From Vitrella brassicaformis CCMP3155 (Eukaryota > Protista > Chromerida), in NCBI GenBank assembly GCA_001179505.1, contig CDMY01000294.1:62001-126000 (forward strand): 64,000 nucleotides of DNA, given 5' to 3'. Made by a program: the position numbers and the translations under genes. Below, piece after piece: positions 43,101-55,431 of this stretch (the stretch's first letter is position 1; the number at the start of each line of letters is the position of its first letter). Under the pieces are notes generated by a model. The model saw nothing but the letters and a program-made list of their open reading frames with translations. It did no database searches and was not told the origin of the DNA.

Positions 43101-45627
43101 TCTCAAGAGAAGAACGACACGCTCGGTCACGTCTGGGTCCAGCGGCGGCAGGGAGACTGATGTGGGAGGTGACAGGGACAGGCAGAAGGGACAGACACCG
43201 CAGGAGAGCGGCTTTGTGGCAGTGGCGTCGATCACCTGCAGCACTTCTTTGCAGTCGACAGACTCGCCGTGGGGCTTCTGCGTGGGATGCAAGGATGGGT
43301 CTGTAATCTTCTGTCCATCCCAGTGGCTCGAGGCGGAGGGCGTCCAACCAAGCTCTCTCAAGCCATGCAAGACGCTGCGCGCCCACTCAGCCACCGTCAG
43401 TGCTGTCCACTCTCTGAAGGCGTGCGTCATTAGTGGCGACACCAACAACCAGCTGGTCGTATGGCAGGCCCTCTCCGCCCCACAGCCGGTGCAGCACATC
43501 TCTCTCGCTTCCTCTCTCTCCAGCCTAGCGAGCGGCGGCAAGGACCGATCGCCGGCCATGGCTACCCTTTTCGCCAGCGCCATGGAGAAGGCCGCCAGCC
43601 CCACCAAGACACGACCGACAGAGGCACCTTCCCGCCGCAGCACGCGGGCACCGTCACTGGCCCCCGGCCAGGGGGGCAGGACCAAGAGATTTGCTTCGTT
43701 GTCACGCATGGCACTGCTGCCGTCGAGTGCAGACGAGCAGGCACAGATGCCTCTACCGTGTGTGACGTGTGAGGTGACGGGAGATGAGATACCCCTGGAG
43801 CATGAGATTGCGGACATCTTCGCCTTTGCCCCCGTCAAGGCAACCACACTCAGCCCATCCCTCGAGCCTGGTGCCGAGCATGCAACCAAAGGGCCTCCCT
43901 CGTTGGCTAGAGACAAGACACCGGAGCGTGTCTCACGGCTCTCTGACGAGAGCTCGCCCCGTTCGTCGCAAGGGCGGTCATCGGTTATCCCCCACTTCGA
44001 CTCTCCGTTGTCGCTGCTCAAGAAGGGCATGGCTGCCGGCGGACGTGACTCACGCTTCAGCTTCATGTCCTTCACCAAGGCAGTCGCCGAATGCCAGCGG
44101 GGCCGAGTGCCAGTGCCGTCCTCCCGCAGAGCCACTGAGCGGCCGATGTTGTCTATTGTGCCTGAAGACACACAGCGGCAGGACAAGGACAAAGTGGGCG
44201 AGAAGGTTTCGCTGACAGCCACTGAGCGCCTCATGCTTCAGGCGAAGACGATGCAAACAGACGACCATGCCAGCAGCCGCAAGAGCAGCCGCGTCTCCGT
44301 TACCATTGGACAGCAGCACCATGGCGAGCACGCCTTCGACATGGTGCGCAGGTTTGTCGGTGGACAGCAGCTGCCTGGTGCAAGCGGAGACAAGGGCGGC
44401 AGAGGCGCCACGTTCCCGGGCGAGCTCTGCTGTGTGGTCCTGTGGCGGTGCGGCAGTCTGGGTGTAGTCAAGACGGGCGTCACAGCAAACACAGCCACAG
44501 CTGATGGTGCCAGCGGCAGGGCCGGTGTGGTGTGGCGACGCACGTGCTGCTGCCCGCCACAGTCGCTATGGGCATGGGACGCCCTCACGAGCACGGTGCT
44601 GATAGTCGGGCTGAAGGGTCAGGCCAGCCTATGGAAGGGCCCCGAGCCACAGATGGCACGAGAGAGGTCCTTCCAGCTCCCCCCACCTCCCTGCTCGCCT
44701 CCCCTGCCACAACACGCTGCCGACGCAGGCCAAAAGCGGCTGCTGCCAGTGAGCGGCTTCGCTGCCGGCGCCAAAGCCCAGCCGTCCGAGGAAGCTTCGC
44801 TGTCTTCTTCATATGTGGCGATGAGCGTGGTTCACATCAAGCGGACGCGGCTATTCGGAGTAGGCTACTCGAACGGGTGGGTGCAGGTGGTGAACAGCCA
44901 TGGGGAGGTGATTGCGGTTGTGGGTGCCCCGCCTGGCACACCTGTCGCCGAGCGGCATAAATGGCCGCCGGAGAGCTTTATGAAGGACTACCTGCAGAGG
45001 CGTGGCAACCAGCTTTGGAGAGCCGCTCTACAATTCCGACTGAAAAGGCAACCGACCCAACAGAAGAAGCCGTCTCAACTTAATTGGTTGTCTGCATGTC
45101 ATGTCTCTCTCGTGTGTCTTGATTGTGTGGTCTTCAGTGGGTCTTCCTTCTCTCTTGGCAAGCGGCTCGCAGAAGTTGTCTCAGAGGCCAAAATAAAGCG
45201 CCAGGAAGATGGGCGCCGCGCACGCGAGATGAAGGAGAGGCGTAAGCTAAAGCGGCTGTCACAAGCTGCCCAAGACAAGGAGGCCTCGTTTGCCCAGCCA
45301 ACCACCGCCCGTCCGCAGCCAGCCTTGCCCCCTCCCCCACCCGTAATGCCCCAGAGCCTGCGTGACAAGAACGGCCGCCGTCGTTTGTCGACGGCGCCAT
45401 CCGTAGGTACCGTGATATCGGCGGCCAGAAGGGAATCCAAGAAGAGACACCTGACCACCAGCATTGTGGCCAAGATTGCCAAGATTGCTCAAGCCTCGCT
45501 GGGAGATGAGGCTGTGTCCCGTAAAGGCAGCAGGAGTGGCAGCAGGGCCGGGTCGAGGAGGGGGTCAATTAGCAGGGCTGCGTCGATGGCCTCGGTGTCG
45601 AGTGGATCGTCGGATGGTGACAGGTGA
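37144..45627 (+). CDS. Very large multi-exon WD40-repeat-like protein
   Basis: In-phase splicing links the ORFs, for example ACG T|GTGAGT at ~39966 to AG 40028-29, GAG|GT at ~40250 to QTERRSMFVTS, and GGC G|GTAAGG to QEDPALQPF. WD-like blades include LTAAQDGIVTLWE, SVDSDGVAVVWD and ISGDTNNQLVVWQ. The start codon is uncertain. Confidence 0.6.
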
Positions 45628-46004
45628 AGGACAACTAATGCCTTTGGCGATGTGCATTTGTTCAGCGTGTGATGGAGACATACATTTGTACGTCTGTCTG
45701 TGGCTTTGACCTTCTTGGTGGTATGGGCGTGTCCATTGCGTTCATGTAATTTATTGTCAATCCATCCGGTTCATGCATCCCACACACAGTCGCACACAGA
45801 CATGGACACCAGCAACGCTCCAACACACGCATGCAGCACATCGACTGGAAGCGCCTGCCTCCCTCCGTCAACCACCAGCTCATTTTCATCCGTCCATCGC
45901 TGCAGCGTGACAGGCGCCACACCAGGCGAGCCCTACTAGCTGAGCTATGCAATCATCGCATCGCGCCCCCTCCCCCACCCAGGTGTCCTCCGCCGAGTGC
46001 TCAC

Positions 46005-47554
46005 TCACGGGTCGTCGATGTCCATCATGTCTGTGTCCTCATCCACCGCCATCATGGGCTCGTCTTGGTCGGCCATGGAAGTGGACGATGCCATCGAGGG
46101 ATTGGCGGCGCTTGTCGGGGTGGTGGTGGCGGGTGGGGGGAAGCCTTGGCCGATGTAGGCGGCGGCCACGAGCGGGAACAGGGTGGCATCATGTGTGCAG
46201 TAGGGACGTACAGAGAGCTGTAGGGAGAGCCCGTCGGCTGGGTGGCGTGACACCGGGAGACACACCATTCTGAAGCAAAACAAACGTCCATAACATCCAG
46301 GACGTGGGACTTGTCTCTGTGCCTCTCTCCCTCCATCTTACCCGGACAACACGTCGAGCAGGCCGTTGTCGCGCGTGCGCCACTGCTGCAGCTCGGCTTT
46401 GATCCCTCCGGCACCCCCGAAGGCGGTGGAGAAGTGAATCGGGTTGCCCTCGTCGTTGCCTGGCCGCCCCGTGAAGTGAATGAGCTGGCGACACACCTTG
46501 ACGAGCACCGCATTGCTCGGGCAGGCAAGAGGGAAGAAGTACTCTTGGCTGTGCTTGCCGGTGGTCAGCTCTATGGCCACGATGCCGGCCTGGAAGACAT
46601 CCCTCTGCCTCTCGTCATAGGCTGGGAAGAGGCCGCAACCTGAATGCATTGGTGCAGATAACAGACTGGTGTCGGCCCGGGGGTTGCTTGGGGGCTAGAA
46701 GACGCTATGAAATAGCGCTTACTCGATGCTGATTGACCTGTCGATGAGAGACAATCAAAATTGAGTGACGACAAGCACACGAATCAAGTCGACCTGATGT
46801 CACGCACACCGCACGGCACCTAGTCAACGGAGGTAGGGGTCGATGGCACACTGCCACACACGCACGAATCCCAAAACACGCAAATGTACACGTCTCAAAG
46901 CGAGGCAATGTCAGTTGTATCCCTGTACCCGTTCTTCCCCGTCTTTGTTCACTACGCGTGGAGGCGCCAATCAGCAGAGGAGGCACGAGACACGAGGGGA
47001 CTGGTGTGATAGAACCGTCGACCNNNNNNNNNNNNNNNNNNNNNNNNNNNNNNNNNNNNNNNNNNNNNNNNNNNNNNNNNNNNNNNNNNNNNNNNNNNNN
47101 NNNNNNNNNNNNNNNNNNNNNNNNNNNNNNNNNNNNNNNNNNNNNNNNNNNNNNNNNNNNNNNNNNNNNNNNNNNNNNNNNNNNNNNNNNNNNNNNNNNN
47201 NNNNNNNNNNNNNNNNNNNNNNNNNNNNNNNNNNNNNNNNNNNNNNNNNNNNNNNNNNNNNNNNNNNNNNNNNNNNNNNNNNNNNNNNNNNNNNNNNNNN
47301 NNNNNNNNNNNNNNNNNNNNNNNGCAGCTCGTGCAGTCTTGACGGCGAGCGTTGAAGTACCTCGGGGGCAGGGGAGGAGGCTTGGATGCTTGTTTGTTGA
47401 AGACAAGAAGAGAATCGAGAGCGATGTTTTTGTTGAAACCAGATGAAGCAGAATGGGCAGAAATGACGACCTGACCATACCCATGGGAATGGTCACCATA
47501 CCCATGGGAATGGTCATCATAGCCATGGGAATGATAGCCTGGCCGGCCAGTCAT
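46005..47554 (-). pseudogene. Degenerate protein-kinase-like fragment, copy 1 (interrupted by gap 47024-47323)
   Basis: DVFQAGIVAIELTTGK resembles kinase subdomain IX. GLSLQLSVRP..LFPL resembles subdomain XI. NIALDSLLV..RYFN may be eroded VIb/VII. Stops are present between the pieces. Confidence 0.4.
47473..47536. repeat. 21-bp-period tandem array of near-palindromes (3 units; 2 units at 49152-49194)
   Basis: GACCATACCCATGGGAATGGTC versus GATCATACCCATGGGAATGATC in the second copy. Confidence 0.85.
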
Positions 47555-48127
47555 TTTCCTTGGCCAGGGACACGATGCTGGCTAACAACAGAGGAGGCCT
47601 CCCTCCCTTTTCCAGCGAAGCATCATCTATGCGCAGCAGATCCGATGTACTCTACGGCCTTATTTCAGGCCCCCTGCAACACTGTATGTTGCCGTCGTTC
47701 GCAGCGCATTGCATATCCTCCCGTTTGCTGCATCTGCCCTCTGCGTGCTGCGTGTTGCGTGTCCGGGTTGCATGTTCGGGTGCGTGTTTTCATGTTGGAC
47801 AGACCGACAGGGGACTTGGCCGCCAGNNNNNNNNNNNNNNNNNNNNNNNNNNNNNNNNNNNNNNNNNNNNNNNNNNNNNNNNNNNNNNNNNNNNNNNNNN
47901 NNNNNNNNNNNNNNNNNNNNNNNNNNNNNNNNNNNNNNNNNNNNNNNNNNNNNNNNNNNNNNNNNNNNNNNNNNNNNNNNNNNNNNNNNNNNNNNNNNNN
48001 NNNNNNNNNNNNNNNNNNNNNNNNNNNNNNNNNNNNNNNNNNNNNNNNNNNNNNNNNNNNNNNNNNNNNNNNNNNNNNNNNNNNNNNNNNNNNNNNNNNN
48101 NNNNNNNNNNNNNNNNNNNNNNNNNNG

Positions 48128-49215
48128 GAGAGCCCGTCGGCTGGGTGGCGTGACACCGGGAGACACACCATTCTGAAGCAAAACAAACGTCCATAACATC
48201 CAGGACGTGGGACTTGTCTCTGTGCCTCTCTCCCTCCATCTTACCCGGACAACACGTCGAGCAGGCCGTTGTCGCGCGTGCGCCACTGCTGCAGCTCGGC
48301 TTTGATCCCTCCGGCACCCCCGAAGGCGGTGGAGAAGTGAATCGGGTTGCCCTCGTCGTTGCCTGGCCGCCCCGTGAAGTGAATGAGCTGGCGACACACC
48401 TTGACGAGCACCGCATTGCTCGGGCAGGCAAGAGGGAAGAAGTACTCTTGGCTGTGCTTGCCGGTGGTCAGCTCTATGGCCACGATGCCGGCCTGGAAGA
48501 CATCCCTCTGCCTCTCGTCATAGGCTGGGAAGAGGCCGCAACCTGAATGCATTGGTGCAGATAACAGACTGGTGTCGGCCCGGGGGTTGCTTGGGGGCTA
48601 GAAGACGCTATGAAATAGCGCTTACTCGATGCTGATTGACCTGTCGATGAGAGACAATCAAAATTGAGTGACGACAAGCACACGAATCAAGTCGACCTGA
48701 TGTCACGCACACCGCACGGCACCTAGTCAACGGAGGTAGGGGTCGATGGCACACTGCCACACACGCACGAATCCCAAAACACGCAAATGTACACGTCTCA
48801 AAGCAAGGCAATGTCAGTTGTATCCCTGTACCCGTTCTTCCGTCTTTGTTCACTACGCGTGGAGGCGTCAATCAGAAGGAGGCACGAGACACAAGGGGGC
48901 TGGTGTGATAGAGCCGTCAACCAACAAGCCCGCCGAGCGATGTATTGATGACCTCACGACCAAGAGACCTCGCCGGGGGGGGGGGTGATGTCTCCGGAGG
49001 GAGCGGCTCTTGCGGTCTTGACGGCGAGCGTTGAAGTACCTCGGGGGCAGGGGAGGAGGCTTGGATGCTTGTTTGTTGAAGACAAGAAGAGAATCGAGAG
49101 CGATGTTTTTGTTGATACCAGATGAAGCGGAATGGGCAGAAATGACGACCTGATCATACCCATGGGAATGATCATCATACCCATGGGAATGATAGCCTGG
49201 CCGGCCAGTTATTTT
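48128..49215 (-). pseudogene. Degenerate protein-kinase-like fragment, copy 2
   Basis: Near-identical to 46228-47023 plus 47330-47640, with scattered SNPs and a repeat copy-number difference. Confidence 0.4.
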
Positions 49216-51195
49216 CCTCGGCCAGAAACACGATGCTGGCTAACAACAAAGGAGGCCTCCCTCCCTTTTCCAGCGAAGCATCATCTACGGCCTTATTTCA
49301 GGCCCCCTCTTCTTCTTCTTCTTCTCACTGATGGGATCCTTGGGTGCTGCGAAGGAGAAGGACATCTCTCAGGCGTCACGTAGCACGGGGTTGATCAGGG
49401 CGTAGGGAACGCGATAAAATAGCGTTGACTCGGATTGACTGGCGGGGGGAGAGACTGGGTGGGTGGATGTGGAAAAGACAGTCGGGGGTCCGGAGAGCCT
49501 CGATCGAGAGCAAAATTGACGTCGAAGGGAGATAAGAAGATTGAGGTTGGATGGAACGCATGACCAAGCGAGCAGGAAAAATGCCGCCAGATTCTTCTCT
49601 CCCATGTCCCGTGGGACATGGGCTTTGAAACCCCGTGGGGGGAATCTTTTTGAATCTTGGCCAGCCAGTGATTGCCTAGGCCAGAAACACGCCGGGTGTC
49701 GCACATACGTCCAGACGAAGAGACTCAGACCACTCAATGACCACACAGCTGCATTGCATTCATGGGGGGTTCGTGCACATGAATGGTGACGCACACACCA
49801 ACATGGCCACTGTCTCATCTCGTGTCGCTCGCGTGTCAGATGGCGAGGGGTTTCTGTAGAGTGGAAGGCCGGTCTGTGTACCGCGCTTTCCCCTCCGCAC
49901 AAACCCGACGCACATGGGACACACGAACCTATGCAGACAGACAGCCGCACCGTCCGCAAGATGCCATCCATCCGTCCAGAAAGAGGACATGGACCACACA
50001 TTAGTTATGATACAAACACGTACACGATGACATACATTCACACATCGATGAGCACCACCGCGTTGACCCCCATGCACACACAGCAGCAGGGAGGGAGACA
50101 GGGGGGCAAGGCATGGAAAGAGAGAGGAGCAAATCAGACAACAACACTACGATGTTAACACATAAAAAACGAAAAGTCAGTCCACAGACAGACAGGCCGT
50201 CGTGGACATGTCATGTGTGCCCCACTGCTTCCTTCCCCCTCCCACAAAACACACACACACACACACACACACACGTGTTTGCAACACTCATCAATTAATC
50301 TCGTACGTATCACTTCGCTCGTGTCTGCGTGACGAGTTTGTCTGGCCTGTCCTCATGCCGCAACGGGGTAGAGAGGTGTGAACCTCCACCCAGGTGCAGC
50401 ACAAATACAAAGGTGACACGCTCGTCACAGCAGGAGAGGCAAAGTCGTCCACCAGGTCGATTGAAGGCAACTGACTAGCTGCACTCAAGTCATCCATTCT
50501 GTGCTGTCTGACAGGCATATCATCTACCTACGCACTCACTGCTCTATGTTACACACACGACAGCAGCTGCCACGTCAGGGTGGGTGTGGGAGATCGGGCG
50601 CCACACACACACGCAGACACACACACACAGCACAAGTAGTTAGTTTACATGAAAGAATGAAGCGAGACGAGACGAGAAGAGCGTATGCCACACACAGAGA
50701 CTGAGAAAGTGTCGGAGAGAGATATGAAGAGGAGGAGAACGGCCGCCCACCATACATACACACACACCCAGGCGGAGAAAAACACTGACTCAGACCCCCC
50801 CCCCCCCCCCCCCCCCCCNNNNNNNNNNNNNNNNNNNNNNNNNNNNNNNNNNNNNNNNNNNNNNNNNNNNNNNNNNNNNNNNNNNNNNNNNNNNNNNNNN
50901 NNNNNNNNNNNNNNNNNNNNNNNNNNNNNNNNNNNNNNNNNNNNNNNNNNNNNNNNNNNNNNNNNNNNNNNNNNNNNNNNNNNNNNNNNNNNNNNNNNNN
51001 NNNNNNNNNNNNNNNNNNNNNNNNNNNNNNNNNNNNNNNNNNNNNNNNNNNNNNNNNNNNNNNNNNNNNNNNNNNNNNNNNNNNNNNNNNNNNNNNNNNN
51101 NNNNNNNNNNNNNNNNNNCCACGCCAAGAGAGATATGGGACGAAACTAAGGCATCCACTCACTGCATCCATTCTATCCATCCAGTCAGACCCCTC

Positions 51196-52987
51196 TCACG
51201 ACCGGTCAAACACCTGTGGGGCGGCCCCCAGCGACAGCCCCTTCAAATTAAACGACGGAAAGCGAACAGGCGGGCACTCGCCCCACTCGCCAAACAAGGC
51301 GCCCTCCTCCATCACCCAGCACGTCGCGAAGCCCACACCAGCCATCACCACACCGAACAGCAGCAGGCCGCCACGCGAAGTGCCACTGCCGGTGCTGGCC
51401 TTGGCGAATGCGGCATTGTGCGTACGGCGGCGGGTGGCGTATGCGGTCGTGTCGACGAGGGGCTGGATGTTGCCTTGGCGGTAGAGCTTGAGCTCGACGC
51501 CCTGCTCCATCTTCTGCTTCCTCACCTGGGCGAGTTTGGCCTGGAGGCGGTCGATGACGGCCGCCTGGTTGGCGAGCCGGTAGTGGGCCGTGGACTTGGG
51601 GTAGGGGACGGCGCGAAGGGCCATGACCTTGCTGGGGTCGATGTCCACCTGCAGCTTGTCGGCCAGCCGCGAGCTGAGCGCCGCGGCGATGCGATCGATC
51701 TCCTCGTCGGCCAGCCGCACCTCGAGCTCCTCGCCCTCACCCTCGCCCTCGTGCATCATCTCGGCACCCTCCTCATCACTGCTGATGGCGCCTTTGTCCT
51801 CATTCAGCTGCTGCTGCTGCCGATCGGTCTCGCTCTTCTCGTCCATTTTGCGGAGGTCCTCACGGGACAGCCCGGCTCGGTACAGGGCGGCCATCTCGGC
51901 CTGCGACCAGCCCTCGGCCGGCGGCCCCTCCTTGAGCGTCGACGCCACATCCACACCAGAAGGCAGCACGGGGGCGGCGGTGGTGATGGTGGTGCTAGTG
52001 GGTGTGATGGAGGGAGAAGGGAGGCTGTCGGTGGCAGGAAGGGGTACGTCGGGGTCGCCGCGTGTGAGGTGGATGCACTTGGATTGATAGTGCCGCTGGG
52101 CCCTCTCGGCCTTCTCGCGCCGCTCGCGCTCGGTGCGCAGCTCCTTCTCCGCACGGTTGTACTGGGCCTTGTGACGAGAACTCTCAATCCTGACAGACAG
52201 ACAGACAGACAGACAGACCGATACACGCAAAGCAAACGGCATGTGATGTGACTAAGTGCGTGTTGTGGCTTACTTGACTCCTGAGGCCCAGAAGAGCAGG
52301 CTGGTCATGCCCATGCCCCCCACAACGCCCGATATGATCATGCCGCGGATGGCCTTCTTCTTCTGCGCCTCCAACTCGTCGATGCGACTCTTGCAGTCGT
52401 CAACCTCCTGCAGACAGACAGACAGACAGGCAAACAGACAGACAATGTGTCAAAAGTGAGCAGCTGTCTCTCTCGATGCATCCAACAACCACGTGTGGTG
52501 CGTGCCCTCCCTCCCTCTCCCGCACCTTGCTGAGTTTCTTCCTGTCGCGCAGCAGCCGCTCGACCCGTTTCTGCAGCTCCTTCTTCTCCCGGCTCCAGGC
52601 ACCCTGTCGCTCCACCATCTGCTGCGGCCGGCAGGTCCGCTCCTGCTGCGGCCTCGGCGGCACATGCGCCAGTCCGCGCACCTCCTCTCTCCCCTCCTCG
52701 CCCGACTCTCCTGCAGGGGACCTCACCACCTGAGGCTCGTCCTTAGGAGTGTCTGCATGGGCGGCAGGCGCCTCGTCTTTCTTGGCCGTCTCGTGGGCAG
52801 CGGCTTGCGCTTGCTGCGGCAGGATGGATTCGAACAGCTGAATCACGTCGTTGATTTCGTGAAGGCTGCCCTCGACAACGTCTTTGACGACGTCCTGGAG
52901 GCCGTTGCCGGGAGGTCTGGCAGCGGCGGCGTCGCTGGCACCGGAAGCGCTGCCGTCTGTCGACGCACGGCTTTCTGTCTGCCCCAT
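51196..52987 (-). CDS. Coiled-coil protein with one internal and one C-terminal hydrophobic segment, 3 exons
   Basis: MGQTES.. start, coiled coil EKKELQKRVERLL|EVDDCKSRIDELEAQKKK, hydrophobic segments IISGVVGGMGMTSLLFW and LLLFGVVMAGVGFATCWV. Confidence 0.6.
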
Positions 52988-53574
52988 AGCCGTCGAGTGT
53001 TCGTGTGGTCAAGAAGCAGCAGCGGTTTCAGGGAGCACCCTAGGCGACCTGGCAGCCGATCATGAAACACCACCCTAACATGCAACCCGGACACGCAACA
53101 CGCAGCACGCAGAGGGCAGATGCAGCAAACAGGTGGATATGGAATGCGGACGAGTGCTCGTGGGGTCAAGGGTTTGGAAACCCTGGTGGATCTGCACCCA
53201 GACATTCATTCACGGGCGGATTGCTCGTGTATGTGTGGCATGCGCTTGGGCGACAAACTTTCTCTCCATCCATCCGTCACATACAGTAGGATAGATAGAA
53301 ATGGCCGATTCGATTCACATGATGCCATCCATCCATCCAGAAAGAGGCCACGCACCACAACAGACACAAGCGACGTCTAAGCCAAAGCTGACCCCGCGGC
53401 CAGCCCGGAGGTGGATGTCCAGTCGTGCACTCAACCAACGACCAAGCCCTTCAGTCAGAAATCCAGGCCTGCAGACACAGGGCCAGCCTTGGAAATAAAG
53501 GGCCATCCAGAACAGCCCATTGACACACATGGACGTCGTCCATCCCGTGGGACGCCGTCCGTCGGCAGGTCAAG

Positions 53575-54234
53575 TCACCGCGCCATGACATTGGGCAGCA
53601 CCATGTGATAGATCTTCCAGTCCTCATCGATTTCTGTGCAGAACACCACCCGCTCGATGGCAGCCCCGGCCGGCCCACTCAGCCACTCACTAACCGCCCC
53701 CACAGCCACCTCAGCCGCATAGTACTGAGGATAGTGATTGAAGCCAGTTCCCACACACGAGAAGGCGATGCTGGTAAGCCCGTTGCGGCTCGCCACCTCC
53801 AGGGCGTTCGTGTAGCACTGCTTAAGCACCTGCTCATCCTCTCCGTAAGGCCCATGCGTCACGATCACGTGTCTGCAGGCGAGATCGAACCCTTCCACCA
53901 ACTTGGCCTCGCCCGGCTTGATCGGCCCCGCCGTCCTGCACGCCTCCGCCAGCTTCGGCCCGCCGTAAGCGAACAGTGCGCCCGGCCGCCCGACACCCAT
54001 GTGAAAAGACAGAGATCGGTCCAGCTCTTGCACAATGGCGTCGACACGCAGCTTGAGGATGTCGCCGTGATGGAGCACCACTCTGCTGAGCTGCCCTATG
54101 GGGCTGAACACGGGCAACCGATAGCAGTCCAGGCCTGGCGTGGCCATTCCTGCTGCCTTTGGCTTGCGGAATGAGGGGCTGGGGAGGGATTCGGGGCGCG
54201 GGGAGGTGGCGGGAAAGCTGCTGTTGGCCGACAT
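53575..54234 (-). CDS. Macrodomain (ADP-ribose-binding fold) protein with divergent active-site loops
   Basis: VVLHHGDILKLRVDAIV, GEAKLVEGFDLACRHVIVTHGP, LKQCYTNAL, SIAFSCVGTGFNHYP and IERVVFC follow the MacroD layout. A possible 5' exon lies upstream of an acceptor near 54248. Confidence 0.9.
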   Translation of the reverse strand: MSANSSFPATSPRPESLPSPSFRKPKAAGMATPGLDCYRLPVFSPIGQLSRVVLHHGDILKLRVDAIVQELDRSLSFHMGVGRPGALFAYGGPKLAEACRTAGPIKPGEAKLVEGFDLACRHVIVTHGPYGEDEQVLKQCYTNALEVASRNGLTSIAFSCVGTGFNHYPQYYAAEVAVGAVSEWLSGPAGAAIERVVFCTEIDEDWKIYHMVLPNVMAR

Positions 54235-54739
54235 GGTCGAGTCGTACCTGAATGGAATGGAACGGATGGATGAGTACACAACACAACACACAGTAGACCG
54301 TTACAGACAGCGCAGGGAGGCGTGACTGCTTCTTGCTTACAGAGGCTTGTTGACTGAGTATTTGCTGCCAAACCCACGGCCGAATACGCAGATGACGGGC
54401 GGCACGCTTCTTGCATCACAGTGGCCAAGGCTCGATGCGGCAGTCACAAGGGCGTCAGCGCCTTGCGAAGGAAGCCCTGGCCGTACTCGCACCTTGCGGA
54501 AAAGCATCATCTTCTATGACCGATAACAGGGCAGCACCAGAGAGATCTGCACGCCCTCTTCTTGTGGTTCTGAGCTCGCACATTAGCTCGCGTCTGATTC
54601 GCCTCAACGTCGCCTCAGAAGGGAGCTGCAGCGACGGCTTCTCTGTGCCGCTCGGCGAAGATCTTGAATTGGGCTTCGATATATCACTGACTGATTCTGT
54701 TGGTTCGTGCTGTCAGCGAAAACACTCTTGCAGCCAGGC

Positions 54740-55431
54740 ATGGCGTCGTCTGCCAGCGGCGCTGGCTCGGTGAGGGTCACGAACGCGCACAACACACACT
54801 GATGACGGTAGCTGATTGTTGAGATGGATCAATCTTTGTGTGTGCGTGTGTGCAGGAGAACAGTCTTCGGTTTCAGCAGGAGCTGGAGTTCGTCCAGATG
54901 CTCGCCGACCCACGATACCTCCACTGTATGTAAGCCACACACACAAGCAGCAAGCGAAGCGATGACGTGTGGATCAATCAATTGTGTGATGGTGCTTTTC
55001 CTTTCATTCATAGATCTGGCCGAGAAGCGCTACTTCCGCGAGGCGGCGTTTGTCAACTTCCTGGCGTACCTGCAGTACTGGCGGACACCTCCATACCTCA
55101 AATACATACAGTGAGCTGCCACCAGGCAGGCACGTGTGAACCGAACCGACGAACACCAATGACTGTGTCGCGGTGTGGCTGCATGTGTGTGCATGCAATG
55201 CAATGCAGGTACCCCCACTGTCTGCAAGTGCTCAGTTGGCTGCAGGACACCGAGTTCCGCGCCAGCCTCGAGAACGAAACCGCCATCAATGCCCTCACCG
55301 ATGCGCAGGCCCTCAGCTGGGTACGGACGGAGCACACGCACGAGAGCACACATTGATGGGTCTGTCCGGTTGTGTGTGCATGTGTTCAGCTTCACCATGG
55401 CAAGATCTCCAACACACCCGGGGGAGGGTGA
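54740..55431 (+). CDS. MED31: Mediator of RNA polymerase II transcription subunit 31
   Basis: RFQQELEFVQMLADPRYLH|YLAEKRYF..FVNFLAYLQYWRTPPYLKYIQ|YPHCL..L..LQDTEFR, with all introns in phase. The last exon is less certain. Confidence 0.93.

Noticed and set aside
47473-47536. CRISPR-like palindromic repeats
   Set aside because: There are no spacers, the host is eukaryotic, and no cas genes are present.
50795-50818. Poly-C tract as a G4 or regulatory element
   Set aside because: It abuts an assembly gap, so its length is unreliable. It probably caused the sequencing break.
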